Assembly: GCA_016699245.1 (NCBI GenBank)
Contig: CP064968.1
Location: forward strand, 155,386 to 219,385
DNA from: Candidatus Kaiserbacteria bacterium
GTDB taxonomy: Bacteria; Patescibacteriota; Minisyncoccia; Phycocordibacterales; UBA918
Direction: 5' to 3'
Length of the DNA: 64,000 bases
Below the pieces are notes generated by a model. That model saw only the letters and a program-made list of their open reading frames with translations. It had not been told where the DNA came from and ran no database searches. Made by a program: the position numbers and the translations under genes. This document shows, piece by piece, positions 36,998-46,245 of this stretch. Position 1 is the first letter of the stretch, and every line of letters begins with the position of its first letter.

Positions 36998-37810
36998 TTA
37001 GTATGGTTTTTCTCCTTCTATATTTCCGGGGGGGTCGTATCTACATATCCAAAGGTCTGTTTGTGTATTGTCATTGTGTCTATCAAAGCAGGTATTTACA
37101 CTACAGCCTACTTGCGTGGTGTCTGCCCAGACTATCTGCGTATAGTGACCACAATCCTCGCCACGGCGACAGGTATTTTTTTTATAATTATAAAAACGAA
37201 TTTCATCCGCCCACCAGGTGACCGCCTCTTCGGGAGTGCTAATGAGGCTGCTATTATCGCTATCCGTTATCCATTGCCAGTAGAGGTTTTCACCATAGGA
37301 TGTGTTGGGGTCGTGATAGAAATCACATTCGTTTTTTGTAAGTATTTTGCCCCATTCTCGTGCACTTTCTGCGAGGGTGTTTGACCATGTGAGAGGGGTG
37401 AGGCCATGCTCTTCGCGCACTTCATTGTGTGCATGAAGCATGACTGATGCATCAAAGCCCACTGCACTCTGTTGCTCTACTTCAGGCGCAGGTATTACAC
37501 GTACTATGGAATCGACTTGGGGTGGGGAAGTAGTCCTCACTCTTCTTTCCACGGGTGCCTTGGAGATGGTTTCCAGTCTTTCTTCGGTACTTGTCGCTAT
37601 CTGTGCTACTTCTCCTGGGGTATATACAGGTACCTGCGGCGTGGTGTACGCTACCTGAGTCTCGGGTGTGCTTGTGGACACAGGAGCATTCACGATAGAT
37701 TTATTTATTATATTTTCTCGTGCAATGAAAAGGAGAGCACACACGAGTGAAAGCACAGCGAGAAGTACAATCGTCGTGAGCGTCCGTACCGTCTGGCGTG
37801 AGTAGTACAT
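36998..37810 (-). CDS. CAP/SCP/PR-1 domain secreted protein
   Basis: GHYTQIVW CAP signature, HNEVREEHG, conserved Cys pattern. N-terminal TM/signal and Pro-rich linker. Confidence 0.7.
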   Translation of the reverse strand: MYYSRQTVRTLTTIVLLAVLSLVCALLFIARENIINKSIVNAPVSTSTPETQVAYTTPQVPVYTPGEVAQIATSTEERLETISKAPVERRVRTTSPPQVDSIVRVIPAPEVEQQSAVGFDASVMLHAHNEVREEHGLTPLTWSNTLAESAREWGKILTKNECDFYHDPNTSYGENLYWQWITDSDNSSLISTPEEAVTWWADEIRFYNYKKNTCRRGEDCGHYTQIVWADTTQVGCSVNTCFDRHNDNTQTDLWICRYDPPGNIEGEKPY

Positions 37811-37873
37811 GCTTTTCTATTATACTACGATTTTACGTGTGTAGTGAAAACGCATATCATGAGTATATACATC

Positions 37874-38437
37874 CTAGATTACGATGTCCCCTATATTGCT
37901 CCCAAGTAAGTGATAGTCTTTTACCACTTCCCACCGTCTATCATTACGCTTGAGGAGAGTAATAGTATCGAAAGAGCAGGTGTATGAGGGCGCATTACCT
38001 TTTGAAAGCTTTTCAACTATTTCTGTGGTTTGTTCAGCATCTTTAGGATAAGCAAGTGACGCATGAAACTTTGTATCATTTTCATGGATTTTAAATTCAA
38101 TCCAAGGGAGTTCCTTCAGTTTTTCTTTGAAGTCTTCAACAGCAGTCACTATTTCACTCGGTGCAGCCACATTCATATACACGACACGGTCATCAAAATT
38201 ACCAAAACCAGAGAGTGTGTACTCCACAGGACTGTATGTATCCACAAAGCGTGCAATAAGGCGTTCAACATCAAAAAGGTCTGTACTGAGCGCCTCAAAG
38301 GGTGCTTTGATGGTGAGATGGGGGTCGATACTCGCGGTCACAGGTCGAAGGTGGTAGTGGTGTGCTAAGGCACGGCTCAAGTCCTCATGGTACTTTCGTG
38401 CATCCCCTTTAATCATGTGTGCAATCATGTATCGCAT
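37874..38437 (-). CDS. 2H phosphoesterase (LigT/2'-5' RNA ligase-like)
   Basis: Two H-x-T/S-x motifs (HLTIKAPF and FHASLAY), typical spacing. Confidence 0.6.
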   Translation of the reverse strand: MRYMIAHMIKGDARKYHEDLSRALAHHYHLRPVTASIDPHLTIKAPFEALSTDLFDVERLIARFVDTYSPVEYTLSGFGNFDDRVVYMNVAAPSEIVTAVEDFKEKLKELPWIEFKIHENDTKFHASLAYPKDAEQTTEIVEKLSKGNAPSYTCSFDTITLLKRNDRRWEVVKDYHLLGSNIGDIVI

Positions 38438-38627
38438 ATCTGTGTACTATAGCACCCCTCATTAATTTTTAAAATTTTTGACCCAAAATACACCTAAAAA
38501 ACATGATTATTGTCTTTTAATTAAAAGAGTTGTATTATCCGAACGCATCATTAACCAAGAGGAGAGAGAAATGTATATACATCAAACGAAAGATGAGTTG
38601 CGTCAGTTATTTGAAGAAGCACAGCTG

Positions 38628-38780
38628 GGAATGGACCCGGAAACCGGGGAAAAAGGGGGGCTCCCATGAAAGGCCCCCCGGGCGGAAAATACCCCCGAAA
38701 TTCGCACCACGCCGAACCTCGGCCCCCCACCCAGAATGGGTCCCCAACCCCCGAGTCTTTCCCGGGGCCTCTTTTATGAA
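38628..38780. other. Anomalous G/C-homopolymer-rich segment, possible assembly or sequencing artefact
   Basis: Runs of gggggg/cccccc interspersed with aaa, e.g. ccggggaaaaaggggggctcccatgaaaggccccccgggcgg, in an otherwise AT-rich genome. Confidence 0.4.
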
Positions 38781-39169
38781 ACGGCTGGTATAGTCTAAAG
38801 GTGAATAGTCATTCCTAAGGTTCCCATTCTCTGGAAGGAGTCTCTCATGCGTATCACTATAATGAGCCATAGTCCCACAGTGTCATTTCTCAAATTGTAT
38901 TCGGCAGCGAATCGTTCTAAAATGACCTCTCTCATTTTATCACTCCTGCTGTTTGGTATTGGGTGCGTTGTTTTCACTCACTGAGTGGTATTTTTGGCAC
39001 ACCACTTGCTCTGTGTTGTTTTATCGCAGCACTATGCGTATTTCTCTTAGTCCCAAAATTGTTTTTTAGTAAGGGGAAGGAAAGAAGTACTCACCGTATT
39101 CAATGAAACGCGTATTCTCAAACCACGAGAAAAACACACTTTTGCAGATTCCCGACAAATGCGCACCTG

Positions 39170-39529
39170 GTGCCACTTCGGGGTTTATGTCATGTAGAGT
39201 TTGAACTTGCGCATATTGAAAGGTTTCCTATTTTGGAAATATTCATTCGAGAATTGAACTTTTCATCACCCGGGAATAAAAAACTGCTCTTTTCATTGAA
39301 GTTTGATTGGGACATAGATACTGCTCGACCACTCATGGTTGGCCAGTCCCCCTTGAACAATCGTGCCTTAAACGCAATCAAATCAAATAGTCTTCCCGAA
39401 GAAATCTGTGAGTATGTCGAAGAAATCATCTTTGCCAAAGTGCGCAATCTTGCTGATGACCAAAGTGAGACAGCGCCCGATTTTTTCGGACATTATTTTT
39501 GCGCATGTAGTGGAAACCTTGGCAGGTGA
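39170..39529 (+). CDS. Hypothetical protein, weak
   Basis: ORF only. Confidence 0.2.
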   Translation: MPLRGLCHVEFELAHIERFPILEIFIRELNFSSPGNKKLLFSLKFDWDIDTARPLMVGQSPLNNRALNAIKSNSLPEEICEYVEEIIFAKVRNLADDQSETAPDFFGHYFCACSGNLGR

Positions 39530-39766
39530 GCAGAGTTCTGATAAGACTTCGTTCATCAGCATTACGGTTTCCAGTCTCAAAGCAGCCCTACAGGTTGGGG
39601 ATGAAAAACCGTTTCTCATCTAACCCAAGTTTCACCTTTACAGATCCTCGCTTATGGCGAGGGTTCTTTTATGATTTTTTTTTGTGGTCAAGGCCCTGCA
39701 GCGTGGACTTTTTTCTTTGTCCTGTGGTAGTTTATTAGAGGAAATTGTATCAATTGAAACCGCACC

Positions 39767-40141
39767 TTGAGAGTATCAAGCAAGGTAATTCATTCATTTT
39801 TGACAGGAGTAAGGACTGAAATGAAACAGGAATTTTTCGACGTCTGTCCGGAAGCAAAAGTGTTTAGGTACCAGGTTTTCTTAGACTCTTTTATTCTCGC
39901 CATTCTCGTTGTTGTTTTGTGGGCTTATGGTGGTCGTGATGAGTTTGGACTTGTGATGCTCATTGCTTTCTGCGGGTATCTCATAGTGTCTCTGTCTTTC
40001 CATTCATTGTTTTTCAAAATCGTTGGCAAAGACAATATGATTACTGTGCTCGATGAAAAGATAATGCTTATGCCTGGTGAATCGGTGCGTACGTTACGGT
40101 ATCCTCGAGTCGTACACACAATTCCTCTCAAGGGGAATTAG
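39767..40141 (+). CDS. Hypothetical membrane protein
   Basis: Two predicted TM helices. Confidence 0.3.
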   Translation: MRVSSKVIHSFLTGVRTEMKQEFFDVCPEAKVFRYQVFLDSFILAILVVVLWAYGGRDEFGLVMLIAFCGYLIVSLSFHSLFFKIVGKDNMITVLDEKIMLMPGESVRTLRYPRVVHTIPLKGN

Positions 40142-40425
40142 CCATCGACTTTAACATTGGAAACCTCAAGGCATTTCATGACTTGGAAGAATTCCTGGTC
40201 GATTGTGATGTGCCAGATTTAGAGGCAAAAGCATTTCGTGTAGTTGCTGCACTGACATGGGGATACCCACTGGGGATATGGGTTCGTACAAACAATGTAC
40301 TTCTGCATGACCAATTGCTGTTTGTATTGGCAGATGACATTCGGCGGAGGACTGCTGATGTCATGAAGTTCATCAGCGATTCACATTTTCCATGCTATCC
40401 TCCCATGCTTCAGACTTTTTTAATT

Positions 40426-42184
40426 CTAGGGGAACCCTAGGGAGCAACTATAATTCCCCTAGGGAACCCTAGGAGCAAGACAACTCCACCAACGAAGCGC
40501 TGCGTGATCCGGTGCTCGCGGCGCGACTTCTGGATCCAGCGCGCCTGAATATCTTGCTCTGTCTTCCTTGCACATGTGTACGATTCTCACAGAAGCTCAT
40601 GGTCTCAAAATTATCGACCCGTACATCATTTCGGTCGGGGTCCTGGCGAATACTGGGTGGAACATTGCAAGATCGAAGATGGTCTTGCCATGCGCGTCTC
40701 CTCAGTATAGGAGGTATCGACGATGCACCATCAAAGTGAATATGGTGTAACGAGTTGGTTGGTGTGACATTGGTACCACACGACTGGGGCAATGGTACGT
40801 CTGATTGGTGTTCAAGAAGGTGCTCATTCTGGTATCGGTAAAGGACCCGATCCGTATGACCTACTCGGTCGCAGTGGCAAAAGCTGATGGAACCGTCTGG
40901 CAATACACGTCCACTTCCAGGGAACTTCTACACACTCGTGCAAATGCCGGACAGAGTGTGGTTCTCGCAATACCACAAGAAGGGTGGGGCAATGGACAGT
41001 GGCGAACCGGAGTATCTCGTGACCTCGATCAAGCAATCAGCGAGCCGGTGCGGTTTACACCCTGTTCCACCTACTACGGCTTCTTCAAGTATGAGAAAAA
41101 GAGAGGTTCGTGCGGTGGTGCCGCGAGTAGCAAACGCATTCGTGCTCGTCGGAGATCCAACGAATATCTGGAAGAATGGCAACCACGCAACAGACTTGCA
41201 CTCCGTCCAACCGTATCGTGTCGAAATAGACCATACCTACGTCTCATGAAGCAAAACAAGCTCAAAGCGACTGAGCTGATGTTGCAGATAATGCAGGCAT
41301 AATAGTCACCGCGAGCACTTGCCCGCGTTTCTCATACCGAAAGGTGGGAACGTGGGTTTTAAACAGGTACCAGACCCAACGTTATGGTTGTATCAGAGAG
41401 TGTGACAATATTCCAAAGACAACATGTGTTGCTGGCATCAAAGTACATCTTTTCCAGAGGCCCCTGCCTATGGTAGAGGTAAAATAGTAAGAGGCTCTCT
41501 TTGTTGAAATTTTTATAAAACAGAGCCGAGGGAAATGGATTTCCAAGGGACTCTGATAGGGACTGTCTCGTCTCGCTTAGGCGGCGGCCAACTGACAGCC
41601 GAACTTCCGGTGAACTAAGCATCTCGCAGGACCTCTAGCGGGAAGTCATACGACTGGGCGGTCAGGAAACCATACGAATCAAAACCTTCAGTAAGCGCAG
41701 CCATTATCCCCGCCATGCCTTCGTTGCTGTCTCTGGGTTTGCTCGAGGTCGTAGAATTCCTTTGCGAACGGCACAATCGTCGCGATGAAAAAACATGTAC
41801 TCTTCCTTCTTGAGTTCGAGAATCGAGTCGCCACGCTTAACGGTGATCTGGAACATGCGATGGATTTCATCCTCGTCTTCGGACGCTTCCGTGCTGTCGA
41901 GGCTGGTGGATCGGAAGTGCGAACACCAACTCCAGTAGAGCTTGGTGTCGCCGATCTTAACCCAGCCCTCATAGTCGGTGCCATCGCGAATCTGTTTTAT
42001 ACATTATGACCAAAACTTTCTCGTCGTCATACCGTAATCTCCTTTTTGATTGTGAAATGTGCTTGTTTTGGGCAGTAACTCAAAAACCAAGTCAAAAATA
42101 TCTTAGTACATAAAAATGTTCTGCTCCAACAATTTAAATTTCTAGCAAAATTTCTCTGGACCCTAGGGGACTGACCTAGGGGAA
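40426..42184. mobile_element. GC-rich ~1.7-kb block without intact ORFs, flanked by CCTAGG-containing repeats; putative decayed insertion
   Basis: Left ctaggggaaccctaggg...cccctagggaaccctagg (40426-40473); right ggaccctaggggactgacctagggg (42159-42184). Interior markedly GC-richer. Only short overlapping ORFs on both strands, no recognisable domains. Confidence 0.4.
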
Positions 42185-42353
42185 TGTTCACGACTTCTTT
42201 TCTTCCGTTGCTGTTTTCCTTTGTGTTAAAATATCAATTGATTACTTTTCGCGATGAAACAACTCAGGCAAAAATTAACGTGACCCTGTGAGGTAACAAT
42301 CGAGCCATTGGGGACTCATGTAATATAAAATGATAAGAAACGGCGTACATATC

Positions 42354-43193
42354 ATGAGTAAAGCAATCATCATTATACTTCTCGTTGTCATACTTGGTTT
42401 TATTGGGGTGTTTTATTACTATCCACCTCAAGAAGTCGTACTGGTTGAACCTGTTCTGTGTACCACCGAGGCGAAAATTTGCCCCGACGGTTCGTCTGTT
42501 GTACGCACTGGTCCCTCATGCGAGTTTGCAGAGTGCCCAGCTCCCGTTCCTGTTGTGGAGGTAAAAGAAGAAGGGAAGGTCGCACTCAATCAAAAGATTT
42601 TAAATAATGGAATATTTGTCACACCACTTGAAGTCACTGCAGACAGTCGATGTCCCTCTGACGTGATGTGCGTATGGGCAGGTGAAATTTCTCTAAAGAC
42701 ACGCCTTGAAAAGGGAACAACAACTGCGGATGTAGTATTCAAGCAACAGTCGGCAGTTGTCTTTGAGGGATACTCCATCACGCTTACTGACGTAATCCCC
42801 GAAAACAAATCAACAACAACCCTGAATAAAGCAGATTACCGATTTACATTCACGATGACACCACTAGCGCAATTGATGGTAGGAAGCGTCTCAGGGCGAG
42901 TGACACTGAGTCCTATCTGCCCTGTAGAGCGTGTCCCACAAGAACCGCAGTGTTCACCAAAACCGTATGCAACCACCATTGAGATTAGTGAAGTGGGGAA
43001 GAGTGTGGTTATGAAGACCGTACAGAGTGACAATATGGGAGCATTCAAGATAGATCTTCCGGTGGGTACCTACGTGCTCCACGCACTCACCGTAAATAAC
43101 GCCCCAATGCCCTCGTGTGCGCCCGTGAACGTTACCGTTAAATCAGGTCAGGCAAGTACACAGGACATCTCCTGTGATACAGGGATTCGGTAA
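42354..43193 (+). CDS. Hypothetical secreted/membrane-anchored protein
   Basis: N-terminal TM/signal (IIIILLVVILGFIGVFYYY); Cys-containing extracytoplasmic domain. No motif. Confidence 0.45.
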   Translation: MSKAIIIILLVVILGFIGVFYYYPPQEVVLVEPVLCTTEAKICPDGSSVVRTGPSCEFAECPAPVPVVEVKEEGKVALNQKILNNGIFVTPLEVTADSRCPSDVMCVWAGEISLKTRLEKGTTTADVVFKQQSAVVFEGYSITLTDVIPENKSTTTLNKADYRFTFTMTPLAQLMVGSVSGRVTLSPICPVERVPQEPQCSPKPYATTIEISEVGKSVVMKTVQSDNMGAFKIDLPVGTYVLHALTVNNAPMPSCAPVNVTVKSGQASTQDISCDTGIR

Positions 43194-43269
43194 GGGTTCA
43201 AGATATATTAATTCCCGAGGTCGGACCTCGGGAATGAGAGTATTTTCAAATTCTGATATCTGTGTTGAT

Positions 43270-43512
43270 TTAAAAGTTTCTGTATGTTTGTTCACTTCGA
43301 CGACTAATCTCGAGGACTTCAATGTTTTTTCCCATGTCGAGAAAAATAATTCGGATGCTCCCATATCGTGCCCGGTATATGTCTCTGTATCCAGACAGTT
43401 TTTTAATATCGAGATCTGTAGTATCTCGACTCAGGATTTGCTGAAGAATTTTTTCTACTGCGGCAAACTCCTTGTCGCTGAGCCTTTTAAGAAATTTTTG
43501 ATTTCTGTCCAT
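43270..43512 (-). CDS. Type II toxin, RelE/ParE family
   Basis: C-terminal GYRDIYRARYGSIRIIFLDMGKNIEVLEISRR fits the RelE/ParE pattern. Overlaps upstream antitoxin by 26 nt. Confidence 0.7.
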   Translation of the reverse strand: MDRNQKFLKRLSDKEFAAVEKILQQILSRDTTDLDIKKLSGYRDIYRARYGSIRIIFLDMGKNIEVLEISRRSEQTYRNF

Positions 43513-43753
43513 GCATTTTTTTCATTGAGGCAAGTAGTTGTTCTACGGGTACCCCATGTCCAGTTTCTTTCGTAAAATCAACGACTGTTTCCCACCCGTC
43601 TTCATCTGCATCTACGGGAGTAATTTTAAAAAGTGGAGTAGAACGACGAAAAACGGTGATCGACTCACCCTTGCTGACGCGTGTAATATACGCATCCATA
43701 TTCTCACGGAGTTCTTTAAGTCCAACGGTCGTTTTTTTAATTTTTGTGCTCAT
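43487..43753 (-). CDS. Type II antitoxin, Phd/YefM family
   Basis: N-terminal TVGLKELRENMDAYITRVSKGESITVFRRSTP matches YefM/Phd. Immediately upstream of toxin. Confidence 0.7.
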   Translation of the reverse strand: MSTKIKKTTVGLKELRENMDAYITRVSKGESITVFRRSTPLFKITPVDADEDGWETVVDFTKETGHGVPVEQLLASMKKMHGQKSKIS

Positions 43754-43755
43754 TC

Positions 43756-43790
43756 AATAAGTTTAACTTAAGTTTAACTTAAGTCAAGAT
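43756..43790 (-). promoter_or_regulatory. Direct-repeat operator/promoter region of the phd-parE-like operon
   Basis: aagtttaacttaagtttaacttaag tandem 11-bp repeats right upstream of antitoxin start. Confidence 0.45.
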
Positions 43791-44157
43791 ACAAGGAGTA
43801 CGGTACCCTCATTGTACTAAAGAAAATAAAAAAGTGGACAGGGAAACGAGGCTAAAAGGGAGGCGTGTGATGATAGAGGTACATGAGTTACATTCTATGA
43901 TTTAAAGAAAGTGAGGGGGGACAGGGACAATAAACTTTAATATTTCATGGTGTAATTTGTGATCACAAGTTGCTAAGTATATTTGGTCATGCGGAATGCA
44001 TTGTGGTCACAAGTTACTAACTATAATTGTTCGCTCTGCTCCAATTCTAGTAAGTACTTTTCGACCTCGGCTCGCGGTTCGTCGCCCTAGGAAGGGGCGA
44101 CTCATATCGCTCCGCCCTCACAGTTGGCCCGTACACAAAGCAGTTTGTGTACTAAAA

Positions 44158-44204
44158 CAAAAGAGTCGTTGTCTTTCAACAAGACAACGACTCTTTTGTT
44201 TTGC
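44158..44204. terminator. Hairpin terminator
   Basis: aaaagagtcgttgtctt-tcaaca-agacaacgactcttttgtttt. Confidence 0.55.
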
Positions 44205-44208
44205 CAAC

Positions 44209-44226
44209 TGTGACCCTACCGGGAAA
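44209..44226. repeat. Partial copy of tRNA-Glu 3' end (tgaccctaccgggaa)
   Basis: 15/15 identity to 44407-44421 (tRNA-Glu 3' acceptor/T-stem), then divergence. A further T-arm-like remnant ggtcttcgattcccgga lies at ~44297. Confidence 0.55.
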
Positions 44227-44406
44227 TTCGAAGCCTACTGCTTCAGTACACCTTGTCAGTATTTTGTTTCCTTTCAGTCACAAAATACTAGGCAAGGTCT
44301 TCGATTCCCGGACGAAGAGTCTCTCAGACTCTTCTTAGGGTCATGGGAAGTTTAACAAAGAAAAATCCCTTATGAATAAGGGATTTTTCTTTAAAAACTT
44401 CTACCA

Positions 44407-44478
44407 TGACCCTACCGGGAATCGAACCCGGATTTCTTGGATGAGAACCAAGTGTCCTAACCGTTAGACGATAGGGCC
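44407..44478 (-). tRNA. tRNA-Glu(CUC)
   Basis: Minus strand GGCCCUAUCGUCUAACGGUUAGGACACUUGGUUCUCAUCCAAGAAAUCCGGGUUCGAUUCCCGGUAGGGUCA. Good cloverleaf; anticodon loop UUCUCAU; CCA not encoded. Confidence 0.75.
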
Positions 44479-44593
44479 GAATGTACGTTTTGCATCATTG
44501 TAGTTTAAATCTGGCCGCCTGCGTCACTTTTGCTTCTGGGTAGAAGAAAAAGTGACAGACTCAGAAATTATAGTCGCTTGCGCTCTTTAATTT

Positions 44594-44612
44594 CTGGCCA
44601 CCGTTAGACGAT
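44594..44612. repeat. Partial copy of tRNA-Glu 5' region (accgttagacgatagggcc)
   Basis: 19/19 identity to 44460-44478. Confidence 0.55.
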
Positions 44613-44736
44613 AGGGCCAGACTGTCTGTGAAGACAGAATTGGTGAGTAAAACACATGCCAGCGTTTTCTCAATTCAAATGCTGATTACTCAGCAAAAGT
44701 AGTTATACCAGATTTTTATATTTTAATAAAGCGCTT

Positions 44737-44772
44737 ACATAGGCCTTGCCTATGGTGAAATGCCTGTGTAGA
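44737..44772. repeat. Left copy of 36-bp direct repeat flanking dinJ-yafQ (acataggccttgcctatggtgaaatgcctgtgtaga)
   Basis: Near-identical copy at 45437-45473. Contains palindrome cataggc-ctt-gcctatg. Confidence 0.6.
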
Positions 44773-44814
44773 AACTAGGGAACAGGGAACATTACAGGTA
44801 ATTTCTTATGTACG

Positions 44815-44852
44815 TACATTGTGTTGACAATGTAAGTACATACGATTAAACT
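44815..44852 (+). promoter_or_regulatory. Promoter (TTGACA-N17-TAAACT) with overlapping 8-bp inverted-repeat operator for dinJ-yafQ; probably leaderless
   Basis: TTGACA 44824-44829, TAAACT 44847-44852. IR tacattgt/acaatgta spans the -35. ATG at 44859 lies only 6 nt after the -10. Confidence 0.5.
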
Positions 44853-44858
44853 ATATGC

Positions 44859-45125
44859 ATGACTACATTAAGCATACGTATTGAAGAAAAGACAAAGAAA
44901 GAAGCGGCAAAGACACTTGCTGCGCTTGGACTTGATATGTCGAGTGCAGTAAAGATGTTTCTCCATCAGGTGGTAATAGAGCAGGGAATTCCTTTTAAAC
45001 CTACACGCACACCTCGTGAAATTGTAGATGAATATGACAAGGAGGTGGCATGGGCAAAGAAGCATGGGAAACGATACTCGAACGCGAGTGAGATGTTTGC
45101 GGATATTATGAAAGAGAAGGACTAG
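44859..45125 (+). CDS. dinJ: Type II antitoxin, DinJ/RelB family
   Basis: RHH-like N-terminus; pattern IRIEEKTKKEAAKTLAALGLDMSSAVKMFLHQVV matches DinJ. Confidence 0.7.
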   Translation: MTTLSIRIEEKTKKEAAKTLAALGLDMSSAVKMFLHQVVIEQGIPFKPTRTPREIVDEYDKEVAWAKKHGKRYSNASEMFADIMKEKD

Positions 45126-45127
45126 GT

Positions 45128-45415
45128 ATGTATCAGATTGTCTACGCAAAGAGATTTGAGAAGTCTTTGGCAAGATTAATCAAAGGAGGACTAAAGAAGT
45201 CAGTACAAAAAGAAATAATTGAAACAATTGATTTAATAGCGAGCGGTTCACCGTTACCTCCTTCATACAGAGACCATCAACTTCATGGTGTGTACGCAGA
45301 GTATCGCGAATGCCATGTACAGGGAGACCTTCTCTTGATGTATCAGATTTCCAATAAAGAACTTGTGCTTTTTATGGTGAATGTCGGTTCACACAATGAT
45401 TTGTTCAATCAGTGA
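45128..45415 (+). CDS. yafQ: Type II toxin, YafQ/RelE family
   Basis: DHQLHGVYAEYRECHVQGDLLLMYQISNKELVLFMVNVGSHNDLF matches YafQ. 2-nt gap after dinJ. Confidence 0.7.
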   Translation: MYQIVYAKRFEKSLARLIKGGLKKSVQKEIIETIDLIASGSPLPPSYRDHQLHGVYAEYRECHVQGDLLLMYQISNKELVLFMVNVGSHNDLFNQ

Positions 45416-45436
45416 GAGTACTTTCTAGTGGTGCAT

Positions 45437-45473
45437 ACATAGGCCTTGCCTATGGAGAAATTGCCTATGTAGA
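45437..45473. repeat. Right copy of 36-bp direct repeat flanking dinJ-yafQ
   Basis: acataggccttgcctatggagaaattgcctatgtaga. Confidence 0.6.
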
Positions 45474-45482
45474 TATAAACTC

Positions 45483-46103
45483 TTATAGCGAATTGTTGAA
45501 TACAATTGTATCTAGCATTGACTGGATATCAGAGTCAGTGACTTGTTGGCGACCACTACAAAATACTCCTTGAGTATGTATCACGAGGTATCCTGTGTCA
45601 TAAGGTTTTACATAATAAGTTGACGGATTTGAGACTACAGGATATTTCAAAATGAACTTATTAAGAGTTGTGTTTCCAACAACTACTGAGCCTAGGTCAG
45701 TATAGGTAATTTGTTTTGCATCAGGTTTTTGTAGATTTGCACTGCTATTGTTTAATTGCAAAAGAAATTCTTGAGTATCATATACAGAATTATCATGTTC
45801 CCCATAAAGGAAGTATTGCAACTCAATAAAAGTACTATTTACATCTTCAAATTCGCTACAATATTCGCTTTTTATTGAAGATACATTGTGAATGTCATTG
45901 CTATGTACTTTGTAGTATCGCGGAATAGACATTGTCACAAGTGGTTCGGAATCACTAGGACTTCGATAAAGTTCTACTTTATGAGGTATGTCAAAAACAA
46001 TTGGGACTCCAATTGTAAAGACAAAACAAATTAATAGGAGTAACACAATGCCTGAAACGATTCCAATACGATGCCAAATCAAATATGATTTATCTTTAGA
46101 CAT
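45483..46103 (-). CDS. Hypothetical membrane-anchored protein
   Basis: TM helix near N-terminus. Start set to MSKDK; the track ORF extends to 46163. Confidence 0.35.
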   Translation of the reverse strand: MSKDKSYLIWHRIGIVSGIVLLLLICFVFTIGVPIVFDIPHKVELYRSPSDSEPLVTMSIPRYYKVHSNDIHNVSSIKSEYCSEFEDVNSTFIELQYFLYGEHDNSVYDTQEFLLQLNNSSANLQKPDAKQITYTDLGSVVVGNTTLNKFILKYPVVSNPSTYYVKPYDTGYLVIHTQGVFCSGRQQVTDSDIQSMLDTIVFNNSL

Positions 46104-46245
46104 AGACAATAATGTTAAGTATACATATCTTTCGAAAGATATAAAATAAGTACACAGGAACAATATATTCCTAAATTCATTGCTGTCTCAGTCCGACTTT
46201 TGGTAATTATGAAATTGATATCTGTGAAGATGGTATACTACTCTC

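Noticed and set aside
38478-38793. 63-aa and 87-aa ORFs
   Set aside because: They run through the homopolymer-rich G/C segment. They are probably artefactual or a disrupted gene.
40469-41302. Overlapping 144-aa (minus) and 165-aa (plus) ORFs in the GC-rich block
   Set aside because: They are mutually overlapping on opposite strands and lack recognisable domains. The composition differs from host genes. They are treated as decayed or non-coding rather than called as CDS.
43996-44355. 119-aa ORF
   Set aside because: It spans hairpin terminators and tRNA-Glu fragment remnants and has Arg/Leu-rich composition. It is likely non-coding.
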